DNA of 64,000 nt, from assembly GCA_963716625.1 (NCBI GenBank), contig CAVQTP010000008.1, forward strand, positions 73,812 to 137,811, given 5' to 3'. The notes below the pieces were generated by a model, which saw only the letters and a list, made by a program, of their open reading frames with translations, was not told the origin of the DNA and did no database searches. The translations under genes and the position numbers were made by a program. Shown piece by piece: positions 50,332 through 59,097 of this stretch (positions are counted from its first letter, which is position 1; each line of letters begins with the position of its first letter). The DNA comes from an uncultured Flavobacteriaceae bacterium (GTDB taxonomy: Bacteria > Bacteroidota > Bacteroidia > Flavobacteriales > Flavobacteriaceae).

Positions 50332-50913
50332 TTATCCGTGCATGGTTTCTTTTACACTAAGTTCTTTCATTACTTGTTTCTCAAAATCTAATAATTCTTG
50401 CCATTTTTTATCCACTTTTTTTCGATCTCCATATTGTCTAGCAAAGTTTAAGAACATGGTGTAATGGCCAGCCTCACTTATCATTAGTTTTCTATAAAAT
50501 TTAGCTAATTTCTTATCTTCAAGTTCTTCAGACAATAAGCGGAAACGCTCACAACTTCTACCTTCAATCAATGCCGCTACGAGCAGTCTATTTATAAGGC
50601 TTTCTACACGTGAACCTCCTTTTGGAAAATAAAATCTGAGTTTGTGTACATATTCATCTTTGCGCTCACGACCTAAATGTAAACCACGCTCTACCATAAG
50701 ATCATGTACCATTTTGAAATGGCTCATTTCTTCTACAGCAAGGTCACTCATAGCACTTACCAGTTCAGAATATTCTGGAAACCCTATGATAAATGAGATG
50801 GCACTAGAAGCGGCTTTTTGCTCGCAGTAGGCGTGATCTGTGAGAATTTCCTCTATATTTTTTTCTACGATATTAACCCACCTTGGATCTGTAGGTAATT
50901 TGAGATGTAGCAT
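50332..50913 (-). CDS. miaE: tRNA-(ms2io6A) hydroxylase MiaE family
   Basis: LTDHAYCEQKAA, EE..HF, IEGRSCERF, SEAGHY; start at 50913 or 50937. Confidence 0.88.
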   Translation of the reverse strand: MLHLKLPTDPRWVNIVEKNIEEILTDHAYCEQKAASSAISFIIGFPEYSELVSAMSDLAVEEMSHFKMVHDLMVERGLHLGRERKDEYVHKLRFYFPKGGSRVESLINRLLVAALIEGRSCERFRLLSEELEDKKLAKFYRKLMISEAGHYTMFLNFARQYGDRKKVDKKWQELLDFEKQVMKELSVKETMHG

Positions 50914-50948
50914 TTGTATGGCTTCTTTATTCTCCATAGATTTTTATA

Positions 50949-52736
50949 TTATAAGTCAAGATCAAAAGTTCTTCTAAGGGTAGCGAGCGCAGGATTTTGC
51001 TCGAGTAGTTTGTCATATTTTTCTTGAGCAGTATATGCGTATTTGCGTTGTACTTCTTCATTAACGGTGATATGCAGGGTAATATCGTAATTTTGTAATT
51101 TACGTTTAAGGAATTCTAGAAGAGGTCCTTGAGCACGTTCGACTTCCACTTTCATTGTTTCATTTGGAAATTCTAGTTGTATACTAGTTCCATTTAGAGT
51201 TGGCTGGTCTGCTTCTAAATTTGAAGCAATGATTTTTTCACCTTTTAGTATCAACTTTGAAACATATTCACTCCATGCTGCCTGCATTGCAATTTCAGTA
51301 AATGGTTCCGAAGGAAGATTTTCTACATCTACTTTTTTATTTGCTTTTTTTTCTTGTAGTTCTTTTTTCTTTTGTAATCCTTTAAGGGAGAGACCAGAAA
51401 CTCTGTCTTTTCTTACAGTAAGTGTAGGAACAGCGGGTGTAATAGGAGAAGGTTGGGGACTAACTGGATTATTTTTAATAGCTTCTTGACTTATATTAAC
51501 AAAGTGATCTTCATTACTTGAAGCGTTATCTTGAGTACCATTTATAACGGAATCTTTTTCAGATGTAGAGTATTCTTTTGCTAATGAAAGATCTACAGCA
51601 TGAGAAGATGCAATTTTAGAATCTTCAATCTTATAATAAGAGGGTGGAATTAAGAAAGGTTTATTGTTTTTTTTTTCTCCATCAAAAGTGATAGAGGCCA
51701 GCTGCATTAATGATAGTTCTACTAATAATCGTTGATTTCTACTTGCTCTATATTTTAGATCACAAGAGTTTGCAATTTCAATAGCCTCCATAAGAAATGC
51801 CATATCTGTTTGCTTTGATTGCTCGTAATATTTCTTTTTTGTGGTATCTCCCACTTCTAAAAGATGTATGGTGGGTGGATTTTTACACACCATTAAATCT
51901 CTGAAGTGTGAAGCGAGGCCTGCTATAAAATGATGACCATCAAAACCACGAGAAAGGACTTCATTAAATTTCACTAACAGCTGAGGAATATCATTTGCTA
52001 GAATTAAATCTACACATTGAAAATAGGTATCGTAATCTAATACATTTAAATTTTCTGTTACCGCTTTTCGCGAAAGCGTTTTTCCACTAAAACTTACCAC
52101 TCTATCAAAAATTGATAATGCATCACGCATCGCACCATCTGCTTTTTGAGCGATAATGTGTAGTGCTTCCTCATCTGCATCAATTCCTTCTTCGGCAGCA
52201 ATTTGAACAAGATGCTTACGGGCGTCTGTTACCGTGATTCTTTTAAAATCAAAGATCTGACACCGCGATAATATTGTAGGTATAATTTTATGCTTCTCTG
52301 TGGTGGCAAGTATAAAAATTGCGTGCTTAGGAGGCTCTTCTAACGTTTTAAGAAAAGCATTAAAAGCTGAAGATGACAGCATATGAACTTCATCTATTAT
52401 ATAAACCTTATATTTTCCTACTTGTGGAGGTATGCGTACTTGATCAATCAAGCTACGTATATCATCGACAGAATTATTTGAGGCTGCGTCTAACTCGAAT
52501 ACATTAAAAGCAAAATCCTCATCTGGACTGGTATGTTCATCTGTATTAATTTGCTTTGCTAATATACGGGCGCAACTTGTTTTTCCTACTCCTCTAGGAC
52601 CGCAAAAGAGCAACGCTTGTGCCAGGTGATTATGGGCAATTGCATTTTCAAGTGTATTTGTAATAGCCTGCTGCCCTACAACATCTTTAAATGTAGTAGG
52701 TCGGTATTTACGTGCAGATACTATAAATGGTTCCAT
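50949..52736 (-). CDS. dnaX: DNA polymerase III gamma/tau subunit
   Basis: ARKYRP, GPRGVGKT, ELDAASNNSV, IIDEVHML, SRC, GAMRDALS. Confidence 0.96.
   Translation of the reverse strand: MEPFIVSARKYRPTTFKDVVGQQAITNTLENAIAHNHLAQALLFCGPRGVGKTSCARILAKQINTDEHTSPDEDFAFNVFELDAASNNSVDDIRSLIDQVRIPPQVGKYKVYIIDEVHMLSSSAFNAFLKTLEEPPKHAIFILATTEKHKIIPTILSRCQIFDFKRITVTDARKHLVQIAAEEGIDADEEALHIIAQKADGAMRDALSIFDRVVSFSGKTLSRKAVTENLNVLDYDTYFQCVDLILANDIPQLLVKFNEVLSRGFDGHHFIAGLASHFRDLMVCKNPPTIHLLEVGDTTKKKYYEQSKQTDMAFLMEAIEIANSCDLKYRASRNQRLLVELSLMQLASITFDGEKKNNKPFLIPPSYYKIEDSKIASSHAVDLSLAKEYSTSEKDSVINGTQDNASSNEDHFVNISQEAIKNNPVSPQPSPITPAVPTLTVRKDRVSGLSLKGLQKKKELQEKKANKKVDVENLPSEPFTEIAMQAAWSEYVSKLILKGEKIIASNLEADQPTLNGTSIQLEFPNETMKVEVERAQGPLLEFLKRKLQNYDITLHITVNEEVQRKYAYTAQEKYDKLLEQNPALATLRRTFDLDL
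51667..51676 (-). promoter_or_regulatory. A10 run in dnaX; candidate slippage/frameshift site generating gamma
   Basis: GGA GAA AAA AAA AAC AAT AAA at codons 353-359; both alternative frames stop within 8 codons. Confidence 0.7.
52062..52078. repeat. Palindrome copy with a 1-nt insertion inside dnaX
   Basis: CGCTTTTCGCGAAAGCG; minus strand reads T-LSRK-A. Confidence 0.85.
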
Positions 52737-52741
52737 AATTA

Positions 52742-52749
52742 CAAATATA
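52742..52749 (-). promoter_or_regulatory. -7 promoter element of dnaX (very short leader)
   Basis: TATATTTG ending 5 nt before the ATG. Confidence 0.55.
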
Positions 52750-52795
52750 AAAGTAGCGTTGCGATTATGGTGTGCGGTAGCTTGATATTCTTGTC

Positions 52796-52972
52796 TTATT
52801 TATTAACAGCAAGTGTAGCCATTTTTTTATCAATAACATCAATCATAATTCTATAGCTATGAGTGACCATGGGGTCTTGATTGTCTATTTTTTTTAAATT
52901 TTGGAGCGTCTTTTTACGCATACCTTTGAGGCGTGCCAATTTATGGCAAGAATAAAAAAGGGGGATAATCAT
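52796..52972 (-). CDS. 58-aa small protein, probable diverged paralog of the adjacent 54-aa protein
   Basis: Manual translation MIIPLFYSCHKLARLKGMRKKTLQNLKKIDNQDPMVTHSYRIMIDVIDKKMATLAVNK; 15/54 ungapped identities with 53032-53196. Confidence 0.6.
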   Translation of the reverse strand: MIIPLFYSCHKLARLKGMRKKTLQNLKKIDNQDPMVTHSYRIMIDVIDKKMATLAVNK

Positions 52973-53031
52973 TCTTGGTATATTTAGTATTAGCTACCTA
53001 AAATAGGCAAAAAATATCTTTTAAGAAATAT

Positions 53032-53196
53032 TTAAGATAAAGAGCTCATCTTTTTTTCAATATCTGCAGCTTTGACATAGAGTGCATCACTGGCTGCTCT
53101 ATCAGTTTTTGATAGCTTATAAGCATTCTCTAATGTTTTTTTGTGCTGAAATTGTAATTTTTCTAAGGCAGTTTTCTTTTTAAATATTCCAAACAT
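53032..53196 (-). CDS. 54-aa small protein, Lacal_2735-like family
   Basis: Manual translation MFGIFKKKTALEKLQFQHKKTLENAYKLSKTDRAASDALYVKAADIEKKMSSLS; MFG.FKKK..EKL...A..LS...R.ASD..Y..A..I pattern; below the ORF-track cutoff. Confidence 0.8.
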   Translation of the reverse strand: MFGIFKKKTALEKLQFQHKKTLENAYKLSKTDRAASDALYVKAADIEKKMSSLS

Positions 53197-53254
53197 GGTT
53201 TTCTTTTAAAGATAAAACTCAAATTGATATATTCAGTTCTTTTAAGATTAATTT

Positions 53255-53284
53255 ACAATTCAGCATTGTTATTCAACAGCTCAG
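53255..53284 (+). promoter_or_regulatory. LytTR-type direct-repeat binding site
   Basis: ACAATTCAG-N12-ACAGCTCAG (21-bp period), like the AgrA box ACAGTTAAG-N12-ACAGTTAAG, upstream of the 2TM-LytTR operon. Confidence 0.7.
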
Positions 53285-53347
53285 TTATGAAAGCTTTTCT
53301 AGTAGCGCTTTGGGATAGATATTTACCTAAATTTAAAACAAGATATC

Positions 53348-53623
53348 ATGGAAAATACAACAGCAAAATACGAAAGAGCTCTAAAAAGAGTCAATGAGAT
53401 TAAGGAGTTTTATAATCACTTGGGAATCTATATTATTTTCGTCTGTATATTTATAGGACTCAACAGCTATACCAGTAATTTCTTTTGGGCTATTTTCCCT
53501 ATTTTAGGGTGGGGAATAGGTATTTTGAGCCACGCATCAAAAGTATACCAATGGAATCCACTGTTCTCTAAAGATTGGGAAAGACGCAAAATTGATCAAT
53601 TTATGAAAAATGAAGATTTATAA
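53348..53623 (+). CDS. 2TM domain protein
   Basis: YERA.KRV.EIKEFY.H, two TMs, WGIG...H, WERRKI..FM. Confidence 0.88.
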   Translation: MENTTAKYERALKRVNEIKEFYNHLGIYIIFVCIFIGLNSYTSNFFWAIFPILGWGIGILSHASKVYQWNPLFSKDWERRKIDQFMKNEDL

Positions 53624-53633
53624 TAGACCAACT

Positions 53634-53939
53634 ATGGAAACAAATCAAGAAAAATATCTGAGAGCAGTAGATCGTATGAAGCAGATTAAGAAATTATATA
53701 GCAAAATAATTAATTCGATCATTTTAGTAGCTCTCATTGCTGGGATTAATTACTATGTAAATGAATTTAGAAATCCGTGGTTTCTATGGGTTGCTGGTTT
53801 TTCCCTTTTAGGAATAATCATAGAAACTTTTAAAGTGTATGGTACATCGTTGTTCTTAGGGAAAGGATGGGAACAGCGTAAGATTAAGGAACAAATGGAA
53901 AAAGAAGATGATACAAATAATACACTTATAAGAAAATAA
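53634..53939 (+). CDS. 2TM domain protein (diverged)
   Basis: YLRA..R...IKK.Y, PWFLW, WEQRKIKEQM; probable ATG 53634. Confidence 0.82.
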   Translation: METNQEKYLRAVDRMKQIKKLYSKIINSIILVALIAGINYYVNEFRNPWFLWVAGFSLLGIIIETFKVYGTSLFLGKGWEQRKIKEQMEKEDDTNNTLIRK

Positions 53940-54277
53940 TGAATGATCAAAATCAAAAATATCAAAAAGCAAAAAAGCGTATTGCGGATGAAAAAGGCTT
54001 TTACTCTCATCTTTTTGTTTATTTGACTATTAATACACTTCTCCAATTGTTTTATGCCGGAGTTTTTGTAGATGTTAGATTTTTCGGGAATATGCCTTGG
54101 TGGGTACGTTTTACCACACCTATTTTTTGGGGACTCTCTCTCTTTTTACATTGGCTTTGGGTATTTAAAGGTTTTAAAGTTTTTGCATTTATAAAAGCAT
54201 GGGAAGAACGTAAAATTAAAAAGTTTATGGAGGAGGAAGAAGAAACATATACCGCTCGTTTTCCAAATGATCATTAG
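53939..54277 (+). CDS. 2TM domain protein
   Basis: YQKAKKR....KGFYSH..VY, FWG..L..H, WEERKIKKFM. Confidence 0.88.
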   Translation: MNDQNQKYQKAKKRIADEKGFYSHLFVYLTINTLLQLFYAGVFVDVRFFGNMPWWVRFTTPIFWGLSLFLHWLWVFKGFKVFAFIKAWEERKIKKFMEEEEETYTARFPNDH

Positions 54278-54331
54278 ATTTACACTATTATACTCTAAAC
54301 TCTAAGAAATAATTACCATTTAATCTAAGCT

Positions 54332-55090
54332 ATGAATGTACTTATTATTGAGGATGAAAAACCCTCTGCAAGGCGTTTAAACAGAATGCTTGCAGAGATT
54401 GATATCGCAGTAAATGAGATGCTACACTCTGTTGAGGAGGCCGTCGCATGGTTTCAGAAGAATGAACATCCAGATCTTATTTTTCTAGACATACAACTTT
54501 CGGATGGATTGTCTTTTGAAATATTTGATCAAGTAGAGGTTAAAAGTGCCATTATATTTACCACCGCTTTTGATGAATATGCACTACAAGCTTTTAAACT
54601 CAATAGCGTAGATTATTTACTAAAACCCATTGATGATGAAGACTTAGAGAAGGCAGTTATAAAATTTAAAGAACGTAATCCTTCCTCTCAAAATGTAGCA
54701 CTTAATTTTGATGATATTAAAAAATTACTAGGAGCTACGGTGGTAGAACGTGAGTATAAAAAACGATTTACCACAAAGATTGGTTCTCATATAAAAATGA
54801 TTCCCATAGATGAGATTGAGTGTTTTTATAGTGAGAATAAAGGTACATATGCCGCTACGATAGAGGGGCGCAATTATTTACTAGATACTACGCTTGAGTT
54901 ATTAGAAAATGACCTAGAACCAGATACCTTTTTCAGAGTGAGTAGAAAATTTTATGTAAACATCAATGCTATTGCAGATATTATCGCCTACACTAATTCT
55001 CGTCTTAGAATCAAATTGAATCACTGGAATGAGCAAGAGATTATAGTGAGCCGTGAACGCGTAAAAGATTTTAAAACGTGGATTGCGTAA
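54332..55090 (+). CDS. LytR/AlgR family response regulator (REC + LytTR)
   Basis: IIEDE, FLDIQLSDG, FTTAFDEYA, DYLLKP; FFRVSRKFYVN, VSRER. Confidence 0.95.
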   Translation: MNVLIIEDEKPSARRLNRMLAEIDIAVNEMLHSVEEAVAWFQKNEHPDLIFLDIQLSDGLSFEIFDQVEVKSAIIFTTAFDEYALQAFKLNSVDYLLKPIDDEDLEKAVIKFKERNPSSQNVALNFDDIKKLLGATVVEREYKKRFTTKIGSHIKMIPIDEIECFYSENKGTYAATIEGRNYLLDTTLELLENDLEPDTFFRVSRKFYVNINAIADIIAYTNSRLRIKLNHWNEQEIIVSRERVKDFKTWIA

Positions 55091-55131
55091 ATGGGAAGCA
55101 CTCTATTTTTTAAATAAGCAAAGAACAGTTC

Positions 55132-55147
55132 CGCTTTCGCGAAAGCG
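55132..55147. repeat. Iterated palindrome between convergent genes
   Basis: CGCTTTCGCGAAAGCG followed by TA. Confidence 0.95.
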
Positions 55148-55183
55148 TAATTACATCCTAAGAATTTTTAATTTAGAAGGAGA

Positions 55184-56377
55184 TTAGTCTTCTAAATTTT
55201 CATTAAATGCACTCGGCAACATCCTAGGGATAAACTTTATTAATAGCGGGAGTAAAATCCCACCGCCTGGCAAAAGAAAGATTGCAAGAGAGGGAATACT
55301 CTTACATATATCTAATAATTGGTTTTTGACAATTTTGCGCTCTTCTTTAGATAGTTCACGCACTGTAGATTTAGTAAGCAATTTTACAAGTGTACCACTT
55401 TCACTAATTTCTTGTGCTAACCGTTTGCTATTTCTACTAATCAAGTTTTTTACAGTGGCAGTAGTTTGATTGTAAAAATGCTTTACTGGATTACTGTAAT
55501 TAAGGTAAGATATATCTTCACTATGCTTACTTAAAAATTCTTTAACTGCAAGTATTGAGGACTCGTAACTATTTTCTTTGATTTCTAAAGATGTACATAA
55601 ATCAATCAAAAATTTTCGTTCGTGTTGATCTACTTTTTGATCATCCCATAATGATAAACAGCATAAGTCTAGAAGATATTTTTTTTCTAATGGTTCTCTG
55701 ATAGATGATAAATCTATTTGTTGGATGGAAGTATGTGATTCTTTCACAAGAGAGTTGTAACGTACTGAGCTCTCAAACAATTTGATAAGTAATTTATTGT
55801 ATAAATCCTTCTCTTCCTTTTGTCGTAATGCTACCCAAATAGATTGAGTAAGAATAGATTCTAAATTTTTTGCGTACGGATAAGGATCGCTCTGAGTGAT
55901 TAGATAATGTTCAAAACTGAGGATATCAATATACACTAGCGCGTTTGTTATAAGATGGCTAAAGTTTTTTTGCAGCGTAGATTCATTAGTTTGTACGCGT
56001 TGATGAATAATCTTCTCTAATCTTGATTGAGGGGAATCTGCACCTATTTTTATATTAATAAAGTAATTTTCTCTTTTGTCTAATTTTAAATAAAAATTTA
56101 CAATAGATTGAATACAATCTGTTTGTGTTGCACTTTCTATAGTATCATAGTACGTAAAAGCTAAGGCATCAAAGAGATTAATTTTAGTTTTCTCTTGAAT
56201 CGTCCATTTGAGCTGTTTAGAGGTGCTTATAATAAGTGTATCTGTAGAATGCCCATAAATAAAACCAATATCTCTTAGAGATTTGTAAAACTCCTCATCA
56301 TCCAAGGGATGCTGTTCTAAATAGTTTAGAAAAACAGGAAAATGCTTATGTATCCAGCCAGGAGCAGAGGGGTTCAC
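55184..56377 (-). CDS. LETM1-related (TerB-like + LETM1) Flavobacterial protein
   Basis: MNPSAPGWI.K; C-terminal QLLDICKSIPSLAIFLLPGG.ILLP......P.MLPSAF. Confidence 0.8.
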   Translation of the reverse strand: MNPSAPGWIHKHFPVFLNYLEQHPLDDEEFYKSLRDIGFIYGHSTDTLIISTSKQLKWTIQEKTKINLFDALAFTYYDTIESATQTDCIQSIVNFYLKLDKRENYFINIKIGADSPQSRLEKIIHQRVQTNESTLQKNFSHLITNALVYIDILSFEHYLITQSDPYPYAKNLESILTQSIWVALRQKEEKDLYNKLLIKLFESSVRYNSLVKESHTSIQQIDLSSIREPLEKKYLLDLCCLSLWDDQKVDQHERKFLIDLCTSLEIKENSYESSILAVKEFLSKHSEDISYLNYSNPVKHFYNQTTATVKNLISRNSKRLAQEISESGTLVKLLTKSTVRELSKEERKIVKNQLLDICKSIPSLAIFLLPGGGILLPLLIKFIPRMLPSAFNENLED

Positions 56378-56395
56378 GATAATATCAATTAAAAA

Positions 56396-57637
56396 TTAGT
56401 GGTAACGCTGGGCGGTAATTTCTGTTATTTTGACAATAACTTCTACAGCACGTATCATACTTTCTACCGGAACATACTCATAGCGTCCGTGGAAGTTGTG
56501 CCCGCCGGCAAAAATATTAGGACAAGGCAATCCCATAAATGATAATTGTGATCCATCTGTACCACCGCGTATAGGTTTTATAAGAGGTTCTATACCTAGT
56601 GCCTTCATTGCTTGCTCTGCGATATCTACAATATGCATGACAGGTTCTACTTTCTCACGCATATTGAAGTATTGATCTTTAATTTCTACCGTGACAAGCT
56701 CTTTACCAAGTTGGCTATTAAGTTCATCAGCCAGTTTATTCATCATGCCTTTTCGTGCCTCAAAATGCCCTTTATCGTGATCTCTAATAATATATTCTAA
56801 TTGCGTAGTATCTACACCTCCCTTGATGTCATATAAATGAAAAAAACCTTCACGGCCAGAGGTATGCTCTGGTGTTTCTAATCTAGGCAGGCTGTTTATA
56901 TAATCTGTCGCGATATACATACTGTTAACCATCTTACCTTTAGCATAGCCGGGATGTACAATTTTTCCTTCTATAGTTACTACAGCTCCTGCAGCATTAA
57001 AATTTTCGTATTCTAGCTCACCTATTTGGCTACCATCCATGGTATAAGCCCATTGTGCACCAAATTTTTTTACATCAAACTTATGTGCACCACGACCTAT
57101 TTCCTCATCCGGAGTGAAGCCCACACGTATGGTACCATGTTTTATTTCTGGGTGTGCAATAAGGTATTGCATAGCCTCCATTATTTCAGTAATCCCTGCT
57201 TTATCATCTGCACCAAGCAAAGTTGTGCCATCTGTGGTAACGATGGTCTGTCCTTTGTACTGCTTAAGATCTTCAAAATAATCTGGGGAGAGAACGATGT
57301 TTTGCTCTTTATTTAACACTAAGTCACCACCATCATAATTTTTCCAAATTTTTGGTTGTACATTTTTTCCTGTAAAATCTGGAGTAGTGTCAAAATGAGC
57401 TACAAAACCTATAACGGGGACTTCATGAGCTACGTTGCTAGGTAAAGTCGCCATTACATACGCATGCTCATCAATGGTTACCTCTTCCATCCCCATAAGC
57501 TCAAGTTCTTGTTTCAATTTATTTGCAAGATCCCATTGCTTCTCTGTACTCGGAGTGGTGTCGCTGGCAGGATCACTTTCCGTATCAATCGTTACGTAAC
57601 TTATAAATCTGTTGAGTAATGCTTCTTTATTAATCAT
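56396..57637 (-). CDS. pepT: Peptidase T (M20B)
   Basis: AHFDT, LLGADDKAG, FTPDEEIG, IRGGTDG, GGHNFHG; start ATG 57637. Confidence 0.95.
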   Translation of the reverse strand: MINKEALLNRFISYVTIDTESDPASDTTPSTEKQWDLANKLKQELELMGMEEVTIDEHAYVMATLPSNVAHEVPVIGFVAHFDTTPDFTGKNVQPKIWKNYDGGDLVLNKEQNIVLSPDYFEDLKQYKGQTIVTTDGTTLLGADDKAGITEIMEAMQYLIAHPEIKHGTIRVGFTPDEEIGRGAHKFDVKKFGAQWAYTMDGSQIGELEYENFNAAGAVVTIEGKIVHPGYAKGKMVNSMYIATDYINSLPRLETPEHTSGREGFFHLYDIKGGVDTTQLEYIIRDHDKGHFEARKGMMNKLADELNSQLGKELVTVEIKDQYFNMREKVEPVMHIVDIAEQAMKALGIEPLIKPIRGGTDGSQLSFMGLPCPNIFAGGHNFHGRYEYVPVESMIRAVEVIVKITEITAQRYH

Positions 57638-57655
57638 AATGGGTTGGTGTAGGGT

Positions 57656-57673
57656 ACGCTTTCGCGAAAGCGT
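57656..57673. repeat. Iterated palindrome (18 bp) between divergent pepT and pyrD
   Basis: ACGCTTTCGCGAAAGCGT. Confidence 0.95.
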
Positions 57674-57719
57674 GAAAATCATCCTTCGTTAAGTACTTCA
57701 AAAATACCGCTTTTTGGAC

Positions 57720-57727
57720 TATTTTTG
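57720..57727 (+). promoter_or_regulatory. -7 promoter element of pyrD
   Basis: TATTTTTG, 19 nt before ATG 57747. Confidence 0.55.
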
Positions 57728-57746
57728 TACAACCGAAAACTGCAAT

Positions 57747-58796
57747 ATGTACAAAAAAGTCATTCGCCCGCTATTATTCACTTTTGACCCAGAAAAGGTG
57801 CATTATTTTACGTTTAGATGGATTAAACGATTGCATAGACTGGGAATGGCAGGTATTTTAAATAAACTTGGTAGCGTAGAGGATCGCAAATTAGAACGTA
57901 CAGTTTTTGGTATAACCTTTAGAAATCCAGTGGGGCTCGCAGCAGGATTTGATAAAGATGCAAAGCTTTATGAGGAACTAGGTGATCTAGGTTTTGGTTT
58001 TGTAGAGATAGGAACGCTTACCCCAAAAGCACAAGAAGGAAATCCTAAAAAACGTCTATTTAGACTTAAAGAAGATCAAGGGTTAATTAATAGAATGGGT
58101 TTTAATAATGAGGGTGTATATAATGCGACGCACAGACTCACTAAGGTCTCTCAACGTGCTTCAAAAAAAAATAGACTAATCATAGGTGGAAACATAGGTA
58201 AAAATACGGCGACGTTACCAGAAGATTACACCGCAGATTATCTAGAATGCTTTACGGCATTGCATCCTTATGTAGACTATTTTGTCTTGAATGTGAGCTG
58301 TCCTAATGTTTCTAGTCACGCAAAATTAAACGATAAAGAATACCTTCTTGAACTTATTGAAGCTGTCCAAGAAGAAAACAAAGGATTTGAAGAGCAACGA
58401 CCTATTTTATTAAAGATAGCGCCAGACTTAAACGATGTACAACTAGATGAGATTGTAGATCTCGTAAAACACACAGCTCTTGATGGTGTCATAGCCAGCA
58501 ACACCTCTATGAATAGAGAAGCACTTAACGTTTCTAAAAAAAGACTTGAAGAGATAGGGAATGGAGGTCTGAGTGGTAAACCTGTATCAGATCGTTCTAC
58601 CCGAGTTATAAAATATCTAGCAGATAAAAGTGATCGATCTTTCCCAATCATTGGCGTAGGTGGAATACACTCAGCAAAAGATGCTCTTGAAAAATTAAAT
58701 GCTGGAGCCTCATTAGTGCAGTTATATACAGGTTTTGTGTATGAAGGACCGGGGTTAATAAAAGATATTAACAAGGCCATACTAGCTAATAATTAG
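57747..58796 (+). CDS. pyrD: Quinone-dependent dihydroorotate dehydrogenase
   Basis: [48 protein letters not shown]. Confidence 0.96.
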   Translation: MYKKVIRPLLFTFDPEKVHYFTFRWIKRLHRLGMAGILNKLGSVEDRKLERTVFGITFRNPVGLAAGFDKDAKLYEELGDLGFGFVEIGTLTPKAQEGNPKKRLFRLKEDQGLINRMGFNNEGVYNATHRLTKVSQRASKKNRLIIGGNIGKNTATLPEDYTADYLECFTALHPYVDYFVLNVSCPNVSSHAKLNDKEYLLELIEAVQEENKGFEEQRPILLKIAPDLNDVQLDEIVDLVKHTALDGVIASNTSMNREALNVSKKRLEEIGNGGLSGKPVSDRSTRVIKYLADKSDRSFPIIGVGGIHSAKDALEKLNAGASLVQLYTGFVYEGPGLIKDINKAILANN

Positions 58797-58838
58797 ACAC
58801 ATTCTAATTTGTTGTAATTTCAGACTAAACTTATAACT

Positions 58839-59000
58839 ATGCGCAATTCTCATAAAATAATTTTTGCTTCAATATTAGTTATGTTATTTTCTTTAAAACC
58901 TGAGGTTGCAAGCTTTATACCGCAATGGCTAAAGTTAGCCGTAGCTGGAATTCTTTTAATTTTAGGCTTGTTTTTAATGTGGAAGGAAAGGCAGTGGTAG
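58839..59000 (+). CDS. 53-aa small two-TM membrane protein
   Basis: Manual translation MRNSHKIIFASILVMLFSLKPEVASFIPQWLKLAVAGILLILGLFLMWKERQW; fills the pyrD-LysE gap. Confidence 0.6.
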   Translation: MRNSHKIIFASILVMLFSLKPEVASFIPQWLKLAVAGILLILGLFLMWKERQW

Positions 59001-59097
59001 CAATAGTGTATTTTAAAACTTATATCAAAGATGTATTGTTTTGAATTTTATTTAATATTTATAAAATCTGAACAATTAATACTGATTAACTAAAATT

